This document shows positions 54,057-61,740 of a stretch of 64,000 bases of DNA, piece by piece (position 1 is the stretch's first letter; the number at the start of each line of letters is the position of its first letter). Made by a program: the position numbers and the translations under genes. Source of the DNA: Acidobacteriota bacterium (GTDB lineage Bacteria; Acidobacteriota; Aminicenantia; UBA2199); the NCBI GenBank assembly GCA_025456205.1, contig JALOLA010000002.1, forward strand, positions 7,363 to 71,362, given 5' to 3'. Under the pieces are notes generated by a model. That model made no database searches. It had not been told where the DNA came from and worked only from the letters and a program-made list of their open reading frames with translations.

Positions 54057-54836
54057 ATGAAGACACTGGAAGAAAGCGTGGCCATGGCCATGGACGGGTC
54101 CGACGCCGCCATCGTGCCGTTCCTGCCCTACATCCTGCAGGACGCCTGGGAGATCGGCACCGACCCAGTGGTGGTAGCCGACCTGCTGCGCCGCCAGCGC
54201 AAGGACAGCCCGCAGCTGCGCGTCCTCGACCTGGGCTGCGGCAAGGGGGCGGTCTCGGTGAAGCTGGCCGGGGAGTTCGGCTGCCGCTGCCTGGGCATCG
54301 ATGCCCTCGGAGAGTTTGTTGCCGAGGCGGAACGCAAGGCGCGGGAATTCGGCGTGGAGCGCTTGTGCCGCTTCGAGCAGGGGGACATGCGCCGCCGCAT
54401 CCATGAGCTGGACCGCTTTGACGTCATCGTGCTCGGCGCCATCGGCCCGGTCTTCGGCGATTACCGGGCTACCCTCGGCATCCTTGCTCCCCACCTCGGC
54501 CCGGGTGGACTGATCGTGGTCGATGACGGCTGGATCGAGGACGACAGTCCCCACGTCCACCCGCCGGTCCTGAAGCGCGGCGAGATGCTGCGCCAGATCG
54601 GCGAAGCCGGCATGCGCATCGCCGGCGAGGTGGTCTTCGGCCGCGAAAAGCTCGTGGAGGCCGACGACCAGCTGTTCCGCGACCTGGAGAAGCGCTGCCG
54701 CGAGCTCATGGAGCTGCACCCCGGCCAGAGGGAGCTGTTCGCGAACTACATCCGCCGCCAGGTAGAAGAGAACGGCTGGCTGGAGAACAGGATCACCTGC
54801 GCTGTCTTTGTCATGACCAGGCTGGAGAGCGACTGA
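54057..54836 (+). CDS. Class I SAM-dependent methyltransferase.
   Basis: VLDLGCGKGAVS motif I. ATG at 54048 is an alternative start. The upstream part of the ORF runs through the repeat array and was rejected. Confidence 0.8.
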   Translation: MKTLEESVAMAMDGSDAAIVPFLPYILQDAWEIGTDPVVVADLLRRQRKDSPQLRVLDLGCGKGAVSVKLAGEFGCRCLGIDALGEFVAEAERKAREFGVERLCRFEQGDMRRRIHELDRFDVIVLGAIGPVFGDYRATLGILAPHLGPGGLIVVDDGWIEDDSPHVHPPVLKRGEMLRQIGEAGMRIAGEVVFGREKLVEADDQLFRDLEKRCRELMELHPGQRELFANYIRRQVEENGWLENRITCAVFVMTRLESD

Positions 54837-54915
54837 CGAAAAACGCCTGAGGCGTCACCTGCAGCGGCGTGGTTGAGAGTTGCCGACGTATTCGTGACCG
54901 GTCGCTTCCTGGCAA

Positions 54916-54940
54916 CGACTCGTCTCGCGTCACGCGTTAC
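54916..54940. repeat. CGTGACG-family words in reverse orientation.
   Basis: cgactcgtctcgcgtcacgcgttac. Confidence 0.4.
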
Positions 54941-54950
54941 AATAGTTCGC

Positions 54951-56591
54951 TTATTCCCCTTTGTCCCAATCTGCGATCATCTCCAGCCGCAGCTGCACGC
55001 GGCCGTCGGCCTGCCAGCTTTCCGAGGAGTTGTAGTCCCATTTCAGGTACTCGGAGCCGCCGCCGCTCTCGGTGGTGATCAGGAAGCGGTTGTCCAGGTG
55101 GCCGAAATACATGGCCTGGTCGCGCGTCGACTCCTGGTCGCCGCCGCTGGGATCGACCGGCACCCAGCCATGGCCGGGCAGGTAGACCTCCACCCAGCGA
55201 TGGTAGACAAAGTCGAAGCTGGCCTCTTCGCCGCGCGCCACCACCGAGCCCACGTAGCGTGCCGGCAGGCCGGCGGCGCGGCACAGGGCGATGTAGACGA
55301 AGGCGTACTCCGAGCAGGAGCCCGAGCCGCGCTGCAGCACCGTCGGTGCGACGTCCCAGCCGCCGATGCGCTTGTAGACCATCTTGTCGTGCAGCCAGTC
55401 GTAGATGTCGCGGGCGATCCAGTAGGGATTGTCGGGATGCCGGACCGCTTCCCGGACCGCGGCCTGGATGACCGGGTCCAAGAGGCGGTACTTGTCGTCG
55501 TCCTCCAGGAAGCGGCGGCGCACGTCAACGGGGATGTCTTTCAGCGTACCCGCCTTTTCTGGGAACAGGTGGTACATGACGTCGTAGATCTTCGCCTTGA
55601 CCCGCATGCGCGTCGTCGCCCGCTCGCCGGGCTTGAGGGTGGCGCGGCGAAACCGGGCGACCTCCTGGCCCCAGCGGTCGGTGAGCATCTTCTCCCCCTC
55701 CTGGAGCATCTCGACGGATTTGATCTCCTGGGTGGAGCGGTTCCTGGGCAGGGCCAGGTAAACATGGAGGTCAGTGACGGTGCCCGGGCCGAAGTTGATC
55801 ACGTCATGGGTGAAGGTGACCACGGCGGCGCGCTCCCTTGAGCGGGTGGTGGCGCCGTCTGCGAACACGGCGACCTGGGCGATCTCGTCGTTCTGGTAGT
55901 CGGACACCCAGAGAGAATCCTTTGCCCAGGCCAGCCCCCAGGGGTAGGGACCGGGGGCAGGAAGGATCATCAGCACTTTTCCCGTCTCGGGATGAAGACG
56001 GTACAGCTCGTCATGGCCGCGGTCGGCGAGCCACAGGCATCTCCCGTCCCAGGCCAGCCCGCGCGGGTCACCGGCCGGGGCCTTCAGCGTGCGCATGGTC
56101 GTGCCGTCGTCGGCGCTGATCTGGAAGATCTCTTTCGTGCCGTTGTCGGCGACCCACAGCGAGGTTCCGTCCCAGGCCAGCCCCTGCGGGTCCGATCCCG
56201 GCGCCAGGATCACCTTCAGGGTGCGGCCGCTGGCCGCGTCGATCTGGTAGATCTTGCCGCAATAGTCCTCGGCTGACGTGTTGGTGAAGTCCATGTCGGC
56301 GACCCAGAGCGCCTTGCCGTCCCAGGCCAGGGCGGTGCAGAAGTAGCCCGGGGCGTCGAAGGTCGCCAGCACCCTGCCGTCGGCCGCGTCGATGCGGTAG
56401 AGCTTGTCGCTGTCGCGGTCCACAGTCCAGAAGGCCGAGCCGTCGAAGGCCAGCCCGGTGCCGAAGGCGGAGGGGGCGGCGAAGCGCCTGACGACGCTGC
56501 CGGGGCCGTACCGCCCCGCATCGACGGGGCCGGCCAGCAATGCTATCGACAGAAAAAGGATTGTCATTGCAATGAATATTGCTTTTTTCAT
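54951..56591 (-). CDS. Secreted fusion of a glutamine-cyclotransferase-like beta-propeller and a transglutaminase-like cysteine protease domain.
   Basis: Repeated GLAWDG-x-LWV blades. C-terminal GSCSEYAF ... HRWVEVY ... VPVD (Cys-His-Asp). GGAGG SD. Confidence 0.8.
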   Translation of the reverse strand: MKKAIFIAMTILFLSIALLAGPVDAGRYGPGSVVRRFAAPSAFGTGLAFDGSAFWTVDRDSDKLYRIDAADGRVLATFDAPGYFCTALAWDGKALWVADMDFTNTSAEDYCGKIYQIDAASGRTLKVILAPGSDPQGLAWDGTSLWVADNGTKEIFQISADDGTTMRTLKAPAGDPRGLAWDGRCLWLADRGHDELYRLHPETGKVLMILPAPGPYPWGLAWAKDSLWVSDYQNDEIAQVAVFADGATTRSRERAAVVTFTHDVINFGPGTVTDLHVYLALPRNRSTQEIKSVEMLQEGEKMLTDRWGQEVARFRRATLKPGERATTRMRVKAKIYDVMYHLFPEKAGTLKDIPVDVRRRFLEDDDKYRLLDPVIQAAVREAVRHPDNPYWIARDIYDWLHDKMVYKRIGGWDVAPTVLQRGSGSCSEYAFVYIALCRAAGLPARYVGSVVARGEEASFDFVYHRWVEVYLPGHGWVPVDPSGGDQESTRDQAMYFGHLDNRFLITTESGGGSEYLKWDYNSSESWQADGRVQLRLEMIADWDKGE

Positions 56592-56700
56592 GAAGGGCCT
56601 CCAGGAATTTTATTCTAGGCGGCGTCGGGATGTTTGTCAAACCATTGCCGCTGCTCGGCATGCGTTATGCGGCACGCGTCACGAAGATCATTTCATCTTG

Positions 56701-56709
56701 TGTTATAAT
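56701..56709 (+). promoter_or_regulatory. Perfect extended -10 element TGtTATAAT, predicted leaderless.
   Basis: The hexamer ends 5 nt before the ATG at 56715. No SD. Confidence 0.5.
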
Positions 56710-56714
56710 CAATC

Positions 56715-57371
56715 ATGCCCTCTCATGAAAAGTTTTCCCTGGCACTCATCCTCTCTTCCTGCGGACTGGCGTTGCTGCTGGGCTATTTCTTCGTCCGCCT
56801 CTACCTGCACGGCGGCAACGAACAGCTCTGCATATTGATCCTGCTGTTGAAGGTCGCCGGCCTTCTCGCTTCGTTCGTGCTGGTGCTGGGCACCCTGGAC
56901 GCTCCGGTGTTCAAGCGTTTCTGCCCGAGGAATCCCATTTTTGACTGCAAGCGGGTCATCGACTCGCCGGCGGGGACGGTGCTCGGGCTGGTCCACACGG
57001 CCGACTTGGGCGTGCTCTACTTTTCCGGCACGCTCCTGACCCTGCTGATCTCGGCGTTCACCCCCGGCTTCTATTACCCGCTGCTTTGTTTGGGCATCCT
57101 CAATCTGTTCACCCTTCCCTACACGGTCTTCTCGGTCGCCTACCAGGTTTTCAGGGTGGGGAAGGGCTGCGCCCTCTGCCTCATCGTGCAGGCCGTGTTC
57201 TGGCTCGAGTTCTGGCAGTTCTATCCCTTTGTTTTCGGCACCCGGCCCGTCTTCGCCATCGACCTGCCCGCGCTGCACCCGCTGCTCATCGGCCTCGGCC
57301 TGCCCGCCGCGCTCTGGCCGCTGATCCGCCATTTGCTGGAAAAGGCGTATGCCAGACATGAAGAAAAATAG
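56715..57371 (+). CDS. Vitamin K epoxide reductase (VKOR) family membrane protein.
   Basis: Loop cysteines (FCPRNPIFDC) and a CALC redox motif in a TM helix. Confidence 0.75.
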   Translation: MPSHEKFSLALILSSCGLALLLGYFFVRLYLHGGNEQLCILILLLKVAGLLASFVLVLGTLDAPVFKRFCPRNPIFDCKRVIDSPAGTVLGLVHTADLGVLYFSGTLLTLLISAFTPGFYYPLLCLGILNLFTLPYTVFSVAYQVFRVGKGCALCLIVQAVFWLEFWQFYPFVFGTRPVFAIDLPALHPLLIGLGLPAALWPLIRHLLEKAYARHEEK

Positions 57372-57380
57372 GTACAGGCC

Positions 57381-57513
57381 CGATGTTCGATGTTCGAAGT
57401 TCGAAGTTTGAAAAAACAGCGGGAACTTTTTTTATAAAAACAGCAATCGTTCGAACCCTTCGCTGTTTATTCTTGTCTCTTCAACGTCGAAACTCGAACA
57501 TCGAACGACGAAC
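57381..57513. repeat. TTCGA-family hairpin element: left arm 57381-57413, right arm 57477-57513.
   Basis: 13-bp perfect inverted core gttcgatgttcga (57385-57397) / tcgaacatcgaac (57494-57506). A nested stem aaacagcg / cgctgttt is also present. Confidence 0.85.
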
Positions 57514-57518
57514 CCGCC

Positions 57519-58436
57519 TTATTTCTTTCTCAATGTTTCCAGGGCGTGGATCAACGCCACCAGGTACTCGTTGGCCGGGGTGGGGATGCCGTGCTTTTTT
57601 CCCGCAGCGGCGATGGCGCCGTTGATGAAGTCGATCTCGGTGGGCCGGCCGCGGCGGAAATCCTGGAGCATGGAGGTGATGTTGTCCGAGGTGACGAAGC
57701 GGTTGACGAAGGCGGCGTCGATCTTGAGGGACACGCCCGCGGCGGCGGCCACGGAGCAGCCCTCGGCCAGGATCGGCGCCTTGAGGGGGTCGAAGCGCTC
57801 CTCGGCGACCAGGCGGTTATGCCCCTGCAGAACGACCGAGAGGGGATTGATCACCGCGTTGACCAGCAGCTTGGTCCAGAGGTCCCTGCGGATGTCGCGG
57901 CTTGCATCCACCCTGATCGGCAGCCCCTGAAGCAGGCCGAAGAACGGCGTCGCGGCGAAGGCGGGCTCGACGCGGATGTTGCCGCCGAAGCAGCGTACCT
58001 CGCCGGGGGCGACGAAGGTCACGCCCATGGCCACGATGCCGATGAAGACGTTCTCCGGGCGCGCCGGCGTGCCGCGCAGCGCCTCCAGGGCGAGTTCCCT
58101 GATGCCGTGGCCGTTCTGCAGCAGCAGGAGCACCGTCGTCGGCCGCAGCAAGGGGACGATGGCGCGCAGCGCCGCCTGCAGGTCGCCGGCCTTGACCGTG
58201 ACGACGATCAGGGTGTCGTCGAGGGCAAGATCGATGGCCTCCCGCGCATCGAGCTGGACGGGCTGCGCGAACATGCCGTCGACCTTGAGCCCGCGCTCGC
58301 GGATGGCCCGCACGTGCTCGCGCCGGCCGACCAGGATAGTTTCCTGGCCCTGTTTCTGCCCCAGCGCCGCGGCGAGCACCGAGCCGATGGCGCCGCCGCC
58401 GAGGATCACCACGCGCTTGTTCGCTTCGCCTTTCAT
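57519..58436 (-). CDS. panE: 2-dehydropantoate 2-reductase (ketopantoate reductase).
   Basis: N-terminal VVILGGGAIGS Rossmann motif and ApbA/PanE-like C-terminal domain. Confidence 0.85.
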   Translation of the reverse strand: MKGEANKRVVILGGGAIGSVLAAALGQKQGQETILVGRREHVRAIRERGLKVDGMFAQPVQLDAREAIDLALDDTLIVVTVKAGDLQAALRAIVPLLRPTTVLLLLQNGHGIRELALEALRGTPARPENVFIGIVAMGVTFVAPGEVRCFGGNIRVEPAFAATPFFGLLQGLPIRVDASRDIRRDLWTKLLVNAVINPLSVVLQGHNRLVAEERFDPLKAPILAEGCSVAAAAGVSLKIDAAFVNRFVTSDNITSMLQDFRRGRPTEIDFINGAIAAAGKKHGIPTPANEYLVALIHALETLRKK

Positions 58437-58442
58437 GGGGCA

Positions 58443-58451
58443 GTTATAGCA
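58443..58451 (-). promoter_or_regulatory. Extended -10 element TGcTATAAC, predicted leaderless.
   Basis: The hexamer ends 6 nt before the ATG at 58436. No SD. Confidence 0.45.
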
Positions 58452-58456
58452 GATAA

Positions 58457-58489
58457 GGGGTAGAGAGGTAAAGGGGGAGGGGAAAAGGG
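58457..58489 (+). other. G-run cluster (possible G-quadruplex motif).
   Basis: GGGG tagagaggtaaa GGGGG a GGGG aaaa GGG. Confidence 0.3.
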
Positions 58490-58507
58490 ACCAGGCGTAT
58501 GCTGGAT

Positions 58508-58580
58508 GGCAAGAAAAAGGGCAAAAGGCACAAGTAAAAAGGCAAAAGGCAAAAGGAAAAAGGCAAAAGTCAGAAGCAGC
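58508..58580. repeat. GGCAAAA heptad array, about 9 units.
   Basis: ggcaagaaaaagggcaaaaggcacaagtaaaaaggcaaaaggcaaaaggaaaaaggcaaaagtcagaagcagc. Confidence 0.85.
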
Positions 58581-58601
58581 ACACCGTATACCGAGTTCTT
58601 C

Positions 58602-58631
58602 TTGTCGATTGTCACTGAAAAGTGCTAAAAT
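58602..58631 (+). promoter_or_regulatory. Promoter TTGTCG-18-TGcTAAAAT for the S37-like peptidase gene.
   Basis: Followed by an 18-nt leader with AGGAG. Confidence 0.4.
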
Positions 58632-58649
58632 GGACTCCAGGAGCGTCCC

Positions 58650-59984
58650 ATGATCCGGAAACGGCTGCTGGTCGTCTTTCCCTTGCTGCTGTTGCTTCTA
58701 TTTTCCTGCCGCCGGGAAGAAGAACTTACGGTCCTGGAGCGGCTGGAAAGGATCCCCGGCCTCACGGCGACGGCCATCACCCCGCCCTCCGGCTTCACCC
58801 AGGCATTCCAGGTCGATCTCGCCCAGGCCATCGACCATGACGCCCCCCAGCGCGGCACCTTCCCCCAGCGCTTCTATCTTTCCTATCGCGGCGAGGATGC
58901 GCCGACCGTTTTCTATACTTCCGGGTACGGCATCTCCCGCAACTACGAGAGCGAGCCGGCGGCCCTGCTGCAGGCCAACCAGGTGCTCATGGTGCACCGC
59001 TATTTCCCCGACGCCGTGCCCGCGGCCGATGACTGGAGCTTCCTGACCATCGCCCAGGCGGCCGCCGACCAGCACGAGGTACGCTCGCGGCTGGCGGAGA
59101 TCCTTCCCGGCAAGTGGCTGAGCAGCGGCGCCAGCAAGGGCGGCATGACCGCCCTCTATTACCGCTATCATTACCCGGCCGACGTCGCGGCCACCGTGGC
59201 CTACGTGGCGCCGATCATGAAGCAGGCCGACGACCCGCGCTTCGCCGCCTTCCTGGGCGCGCTGGGGACAACGGCGTGCCGTGAAAGGATCCGCCGCTTT
59301 CAGCGCCAGGTCCTGGGGCGGCGGACGGCCATGCTCGCCCTGGCGCAGGCCCACGCCCTGGATAGAGGCTATGCCTTCACCGTCTTCAGCGTAGCCGAGG
59401 CATTCGAGTATGCCGTCAGCGAGTATCCCTTCGCCTTCTGGCAGTACGGCAGCGGCGACTGTGGCGTCATTCCCGCCGAGAGCGCCTCCGACCAGGAATT
59501 GTTCAACCACCTGGTCGCCGTCTCGCCGCTCTCTTTTTACGCCGATGCCGACTACAGCCACTATCGCCCGCTCTTCTACCAGGCCTACACCGAGATCGGC
59601 TATTGCCCCTATGTCGTCGACGGCATCCGCGACCTGTTGCTGGCGGTCCCCGAGCCATCCTACCGCGCCTTCGCCCCGCGCGGCGTGGAACTGGCGTTCC
59701 GCCCCGAGGTGATGGGGGCGGTTGTGCCCTGGCTGCAACAGCAGGGGACGCGCATCGTCTATATCTATGGCGGCAACGATCCCTGGACGGCGGCGGCGCT
59801 CCACCCGGCGCCCGGGCTTGACGCCCTGCAGGTGGTCCAGCCCGGCGCCAACCACAACGTGAAGATCAGGGACCTGGACCAGAGAGGGGCGGTGATCGCG
59901 GCACTGGAGAGGTGGCTGCAGATCGACATCGATGAGACCAGGCTGGCCGGCGTTGCCGGCGCTGAGGGCAGGGAGAGGTTTTAG
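58650..59984 (+). CDS. Serine peptidase of the S28/S37 (PS-10-like) type, probable lipoprotein.
   Basis: LLFSC lipobox-like signal and a GASKGG nucleophile motif. Confidence 0.7.
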   Translation: MIRKRLLVVFPLLLLLLFSCRREEELTVLERLERIPGLTATAITPPSGFTQAFQVDLAQAIDHDAPQRGTFPQRFYLSYRGEDAPTVFYTSGYGISRNYESEPAALLQANQVLMVHRYFPDAVPAADDWSFLTIAQAAADQHEVRSRLAEILPGKWLSSGASKGGMTALYYRYHYPADVAATVAYVAPIMKQADDPRFAAFLGALGTTACRERIRRFQRQVLGRRTAMLALAQAHALDRGYAFTVFSVAEAFEYAVSEYPFAFWQYGSGDCGVIPAESASDQELFNHLVAVSPLSFYADADYSHYRPLFYQAYTEIGYCPYVVDGIRDLLLAVPEPSYRAFAPRGVELAFRPEVMGAVVPWLQQQGTRIVYIYGGNDPWTAAALHPAPGLDALQVVQPGANHNVKIRDLDQRGAVIAALERWLQIDIDETRLAGVAGAEGRERF

Positions 59985-59993
59985 AGCTTGCGG

Positions 59994-60038
59994 CAGGTTC
60001 GCTGTTCGGAGTTCGACGTTCGAAGTTGAAGAAAATCA
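59994..60038. repeat. TTCGA-family heptad array (single arm).
   Basis: GTTCGCT GTTCGGA GTTCGAC GTTCGAA GTTGAAG AAAATCA. Confidence 0.75.
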
Positions 60039-60317
60039 CGAACAATAGGAATGGGCAACTTCCTGCAGGGTCCCCCAGCGAGGGCCTTCAGGAAAGTGAT
60101 GAATGGCAAGAAATAAAAAGTCGCAGGCATTGGTTCGATCGATTGCTGCTCCTCGTCAATTTTCACGCCAACGGAAAGTCCAGCCATCCCATCTCTTCTT
60201 CAACAGCCTCCGGGGTGGCGGATGCGCCTATGGAATCGTAAAAAAAGCACAATGTCTGAGATTTTCAATCAAATCCTCGATCTTATTATTACAAGGAATG
60301 GCTGGGGAGGTGCGCGG

Positions 60318-61448
60318 ATGAAAAAAACACTTTGGATTGCCGTATTCTCTGTCTTGGCCCTGAACTGGGCGTTCGGCGCTACGGTCAACGTCATCCAGCC
60401 CGCAGCGGGCAACTCCTGGGTCATCGGGGGTACGCACGTTATCCGCTGGAGCCATGAGGGCTTCGCGGACCCGGCTGCGGTCCGCGTGGTGATCCGGCTG
60501 CGCCAGGGCGAAACGACCATTTGCACCATCGCCCAGGATGTGCCGCTTAACCAATTGAGCTACTCCTGGAATTCGGCGGCCTGCACCGGATTGCAGGCCG
60601 GCACCTACTCCGTGCGCGTACGCGTGCTGCCCCTGGAGGAGCAGATTTGGGGGGACAGTTCCGTCTTCACCATGGCGGCAATGCCTGTATTCCAAAAAAT
60701 CCCTGAAAAAGAGGTCTTGCCAGGCCGGTTGAAATTGCCGGACCTGCTGGTGGATAAGTGCTGGATCGTCCCCGAGCATCCCAACCTGAACGATACGGTG
60801 CGCCTCCATGCCCGCCTGCGCAACGCCGGCCAGGCCCCGACCGCCAAGGCCCACGATGCCGATATCGTCGTCCGCGGGCCCCAGGGATTCGCCCAAGTCA
60901 CGCGTACCTTTCGCGTCGAGCCGCTGGCGATCGATGAATCCCACGAAATTTTCCTGGATTATTCCTGCAGCCACTGGGGAGTGGTGTCGGCGACCGTCAC
61001 CCTGGACAGCAGATCCGAGATTCATGAAGCGAACGAGAGCAACAATGAGGAAGTCTACCCCCATTCTGTTTCTCCGCTTCCCGATCTGGTGGCCTGCATG
61101 GGTACCCCGATTTGCGTCGACATCCTGACAAAAAAGAAGATCTGGGTGGTGGCTGTGAACCGTGGGCCGGCCGAGTCGCCGCCTTGCCGCTTGCGCTGGT
61201 ACGTGGAGCAGAACGGCGTCGTCTACCGTGACGTTCCGCGCCTCGAACCGGGCCAGGAGCAGGTTTTTCACCGCGAAGTGAGGTTTGACACCAAAGGCAA
61301 GAAAGACATGGCCGTCATCGTCGATTGCGAGCACAACGTGCAGGAATTGAGCGAGGGAAACAACAATATGGAAGGGGCGGCCTACGCTTCCATGATCAAT
61401 GAATTCCGCGTCTGCATCCCGGCCAAGGCCTGCGCCGACGGCAAATAA
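60318..61448 (+). CDS. Secreted protein with one Ig-like (Kre9/KNH-type) domain and two CARDB domains.
   Basis: GGGGAGG SD. Signal peptide. LPDL ... ESNNEE and LPDL ... EGNNN CARDB signatures. Confidence 0.8.
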   Translation: MKKTLWIAVFSVLALNWAFGATVNVIQPAAGNSWVIGGTHVIRWSHEGFADPAAVRVVIRLRQGETTICTIAQDVPLNQLSYSWNSAACTGLQAGTYSVRVRVLPLEEQIWGDSSVFTMAAMPVFQKIPEKEVLPGRLKLPDLLVDKCWIVPEHPNLNDTVRLHARLRNAGQAPTAKAHDADIVVRGPQGFAQVTRTFRVEPLAIDESHEIFLDYSCSHWGVVSATVTLDSRSEIHEANESNNEEVYPHSVSPLPDLVACMGTPICVDILTKKKIWVVAVNRGPAESPPCRLRWYVEQNGVVYRDVPRLEPGQEQVFHREVRFDTKGKKDMAVIVDCEHNVQELSEGNNNMEGAAYASMINEFRVCIPAKACADGK

Positions 61449-61740
61449 CGGAAAGAGATCTCGCACTCTCTCGCCGGATGCGGGCGGGAACGGGTGCCCG
61501 GGGCATGTTGAAAGCCCTTTCATCTGCCCGGAGGAGCCGCAGAGACTTCCATAATCGGCTTACGGCCCACGGTGGACAGTAAGATAAATCAGGCACCAAA
61601 GAAAAAGCAATCCCAATGCCGGAACGCTTGAAAGGTAAAAGAAAAAAGTAAGGATATTTCCGCAATGGCTCGCTTCTTGATTATTCATTTTCCTTTGAGG
61701 AAATCGCTTGTGAATAAAGGAATTCGTGATTTGAATATTC

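Noticed and set aside
50594-54940. The CGTGACG-type words at 50594-50630 and, inverted, at 54916-54940 as terminal inverted repeats of a 4.3-kb mobile element.
   Set aside because: The shared identical core is only 13 nt, and tens of such matches are expected by chance in 64 kb on both strands. There is no transposase and no target duplication. The enclosed genes are ordinary housekeeping genes on both strands.
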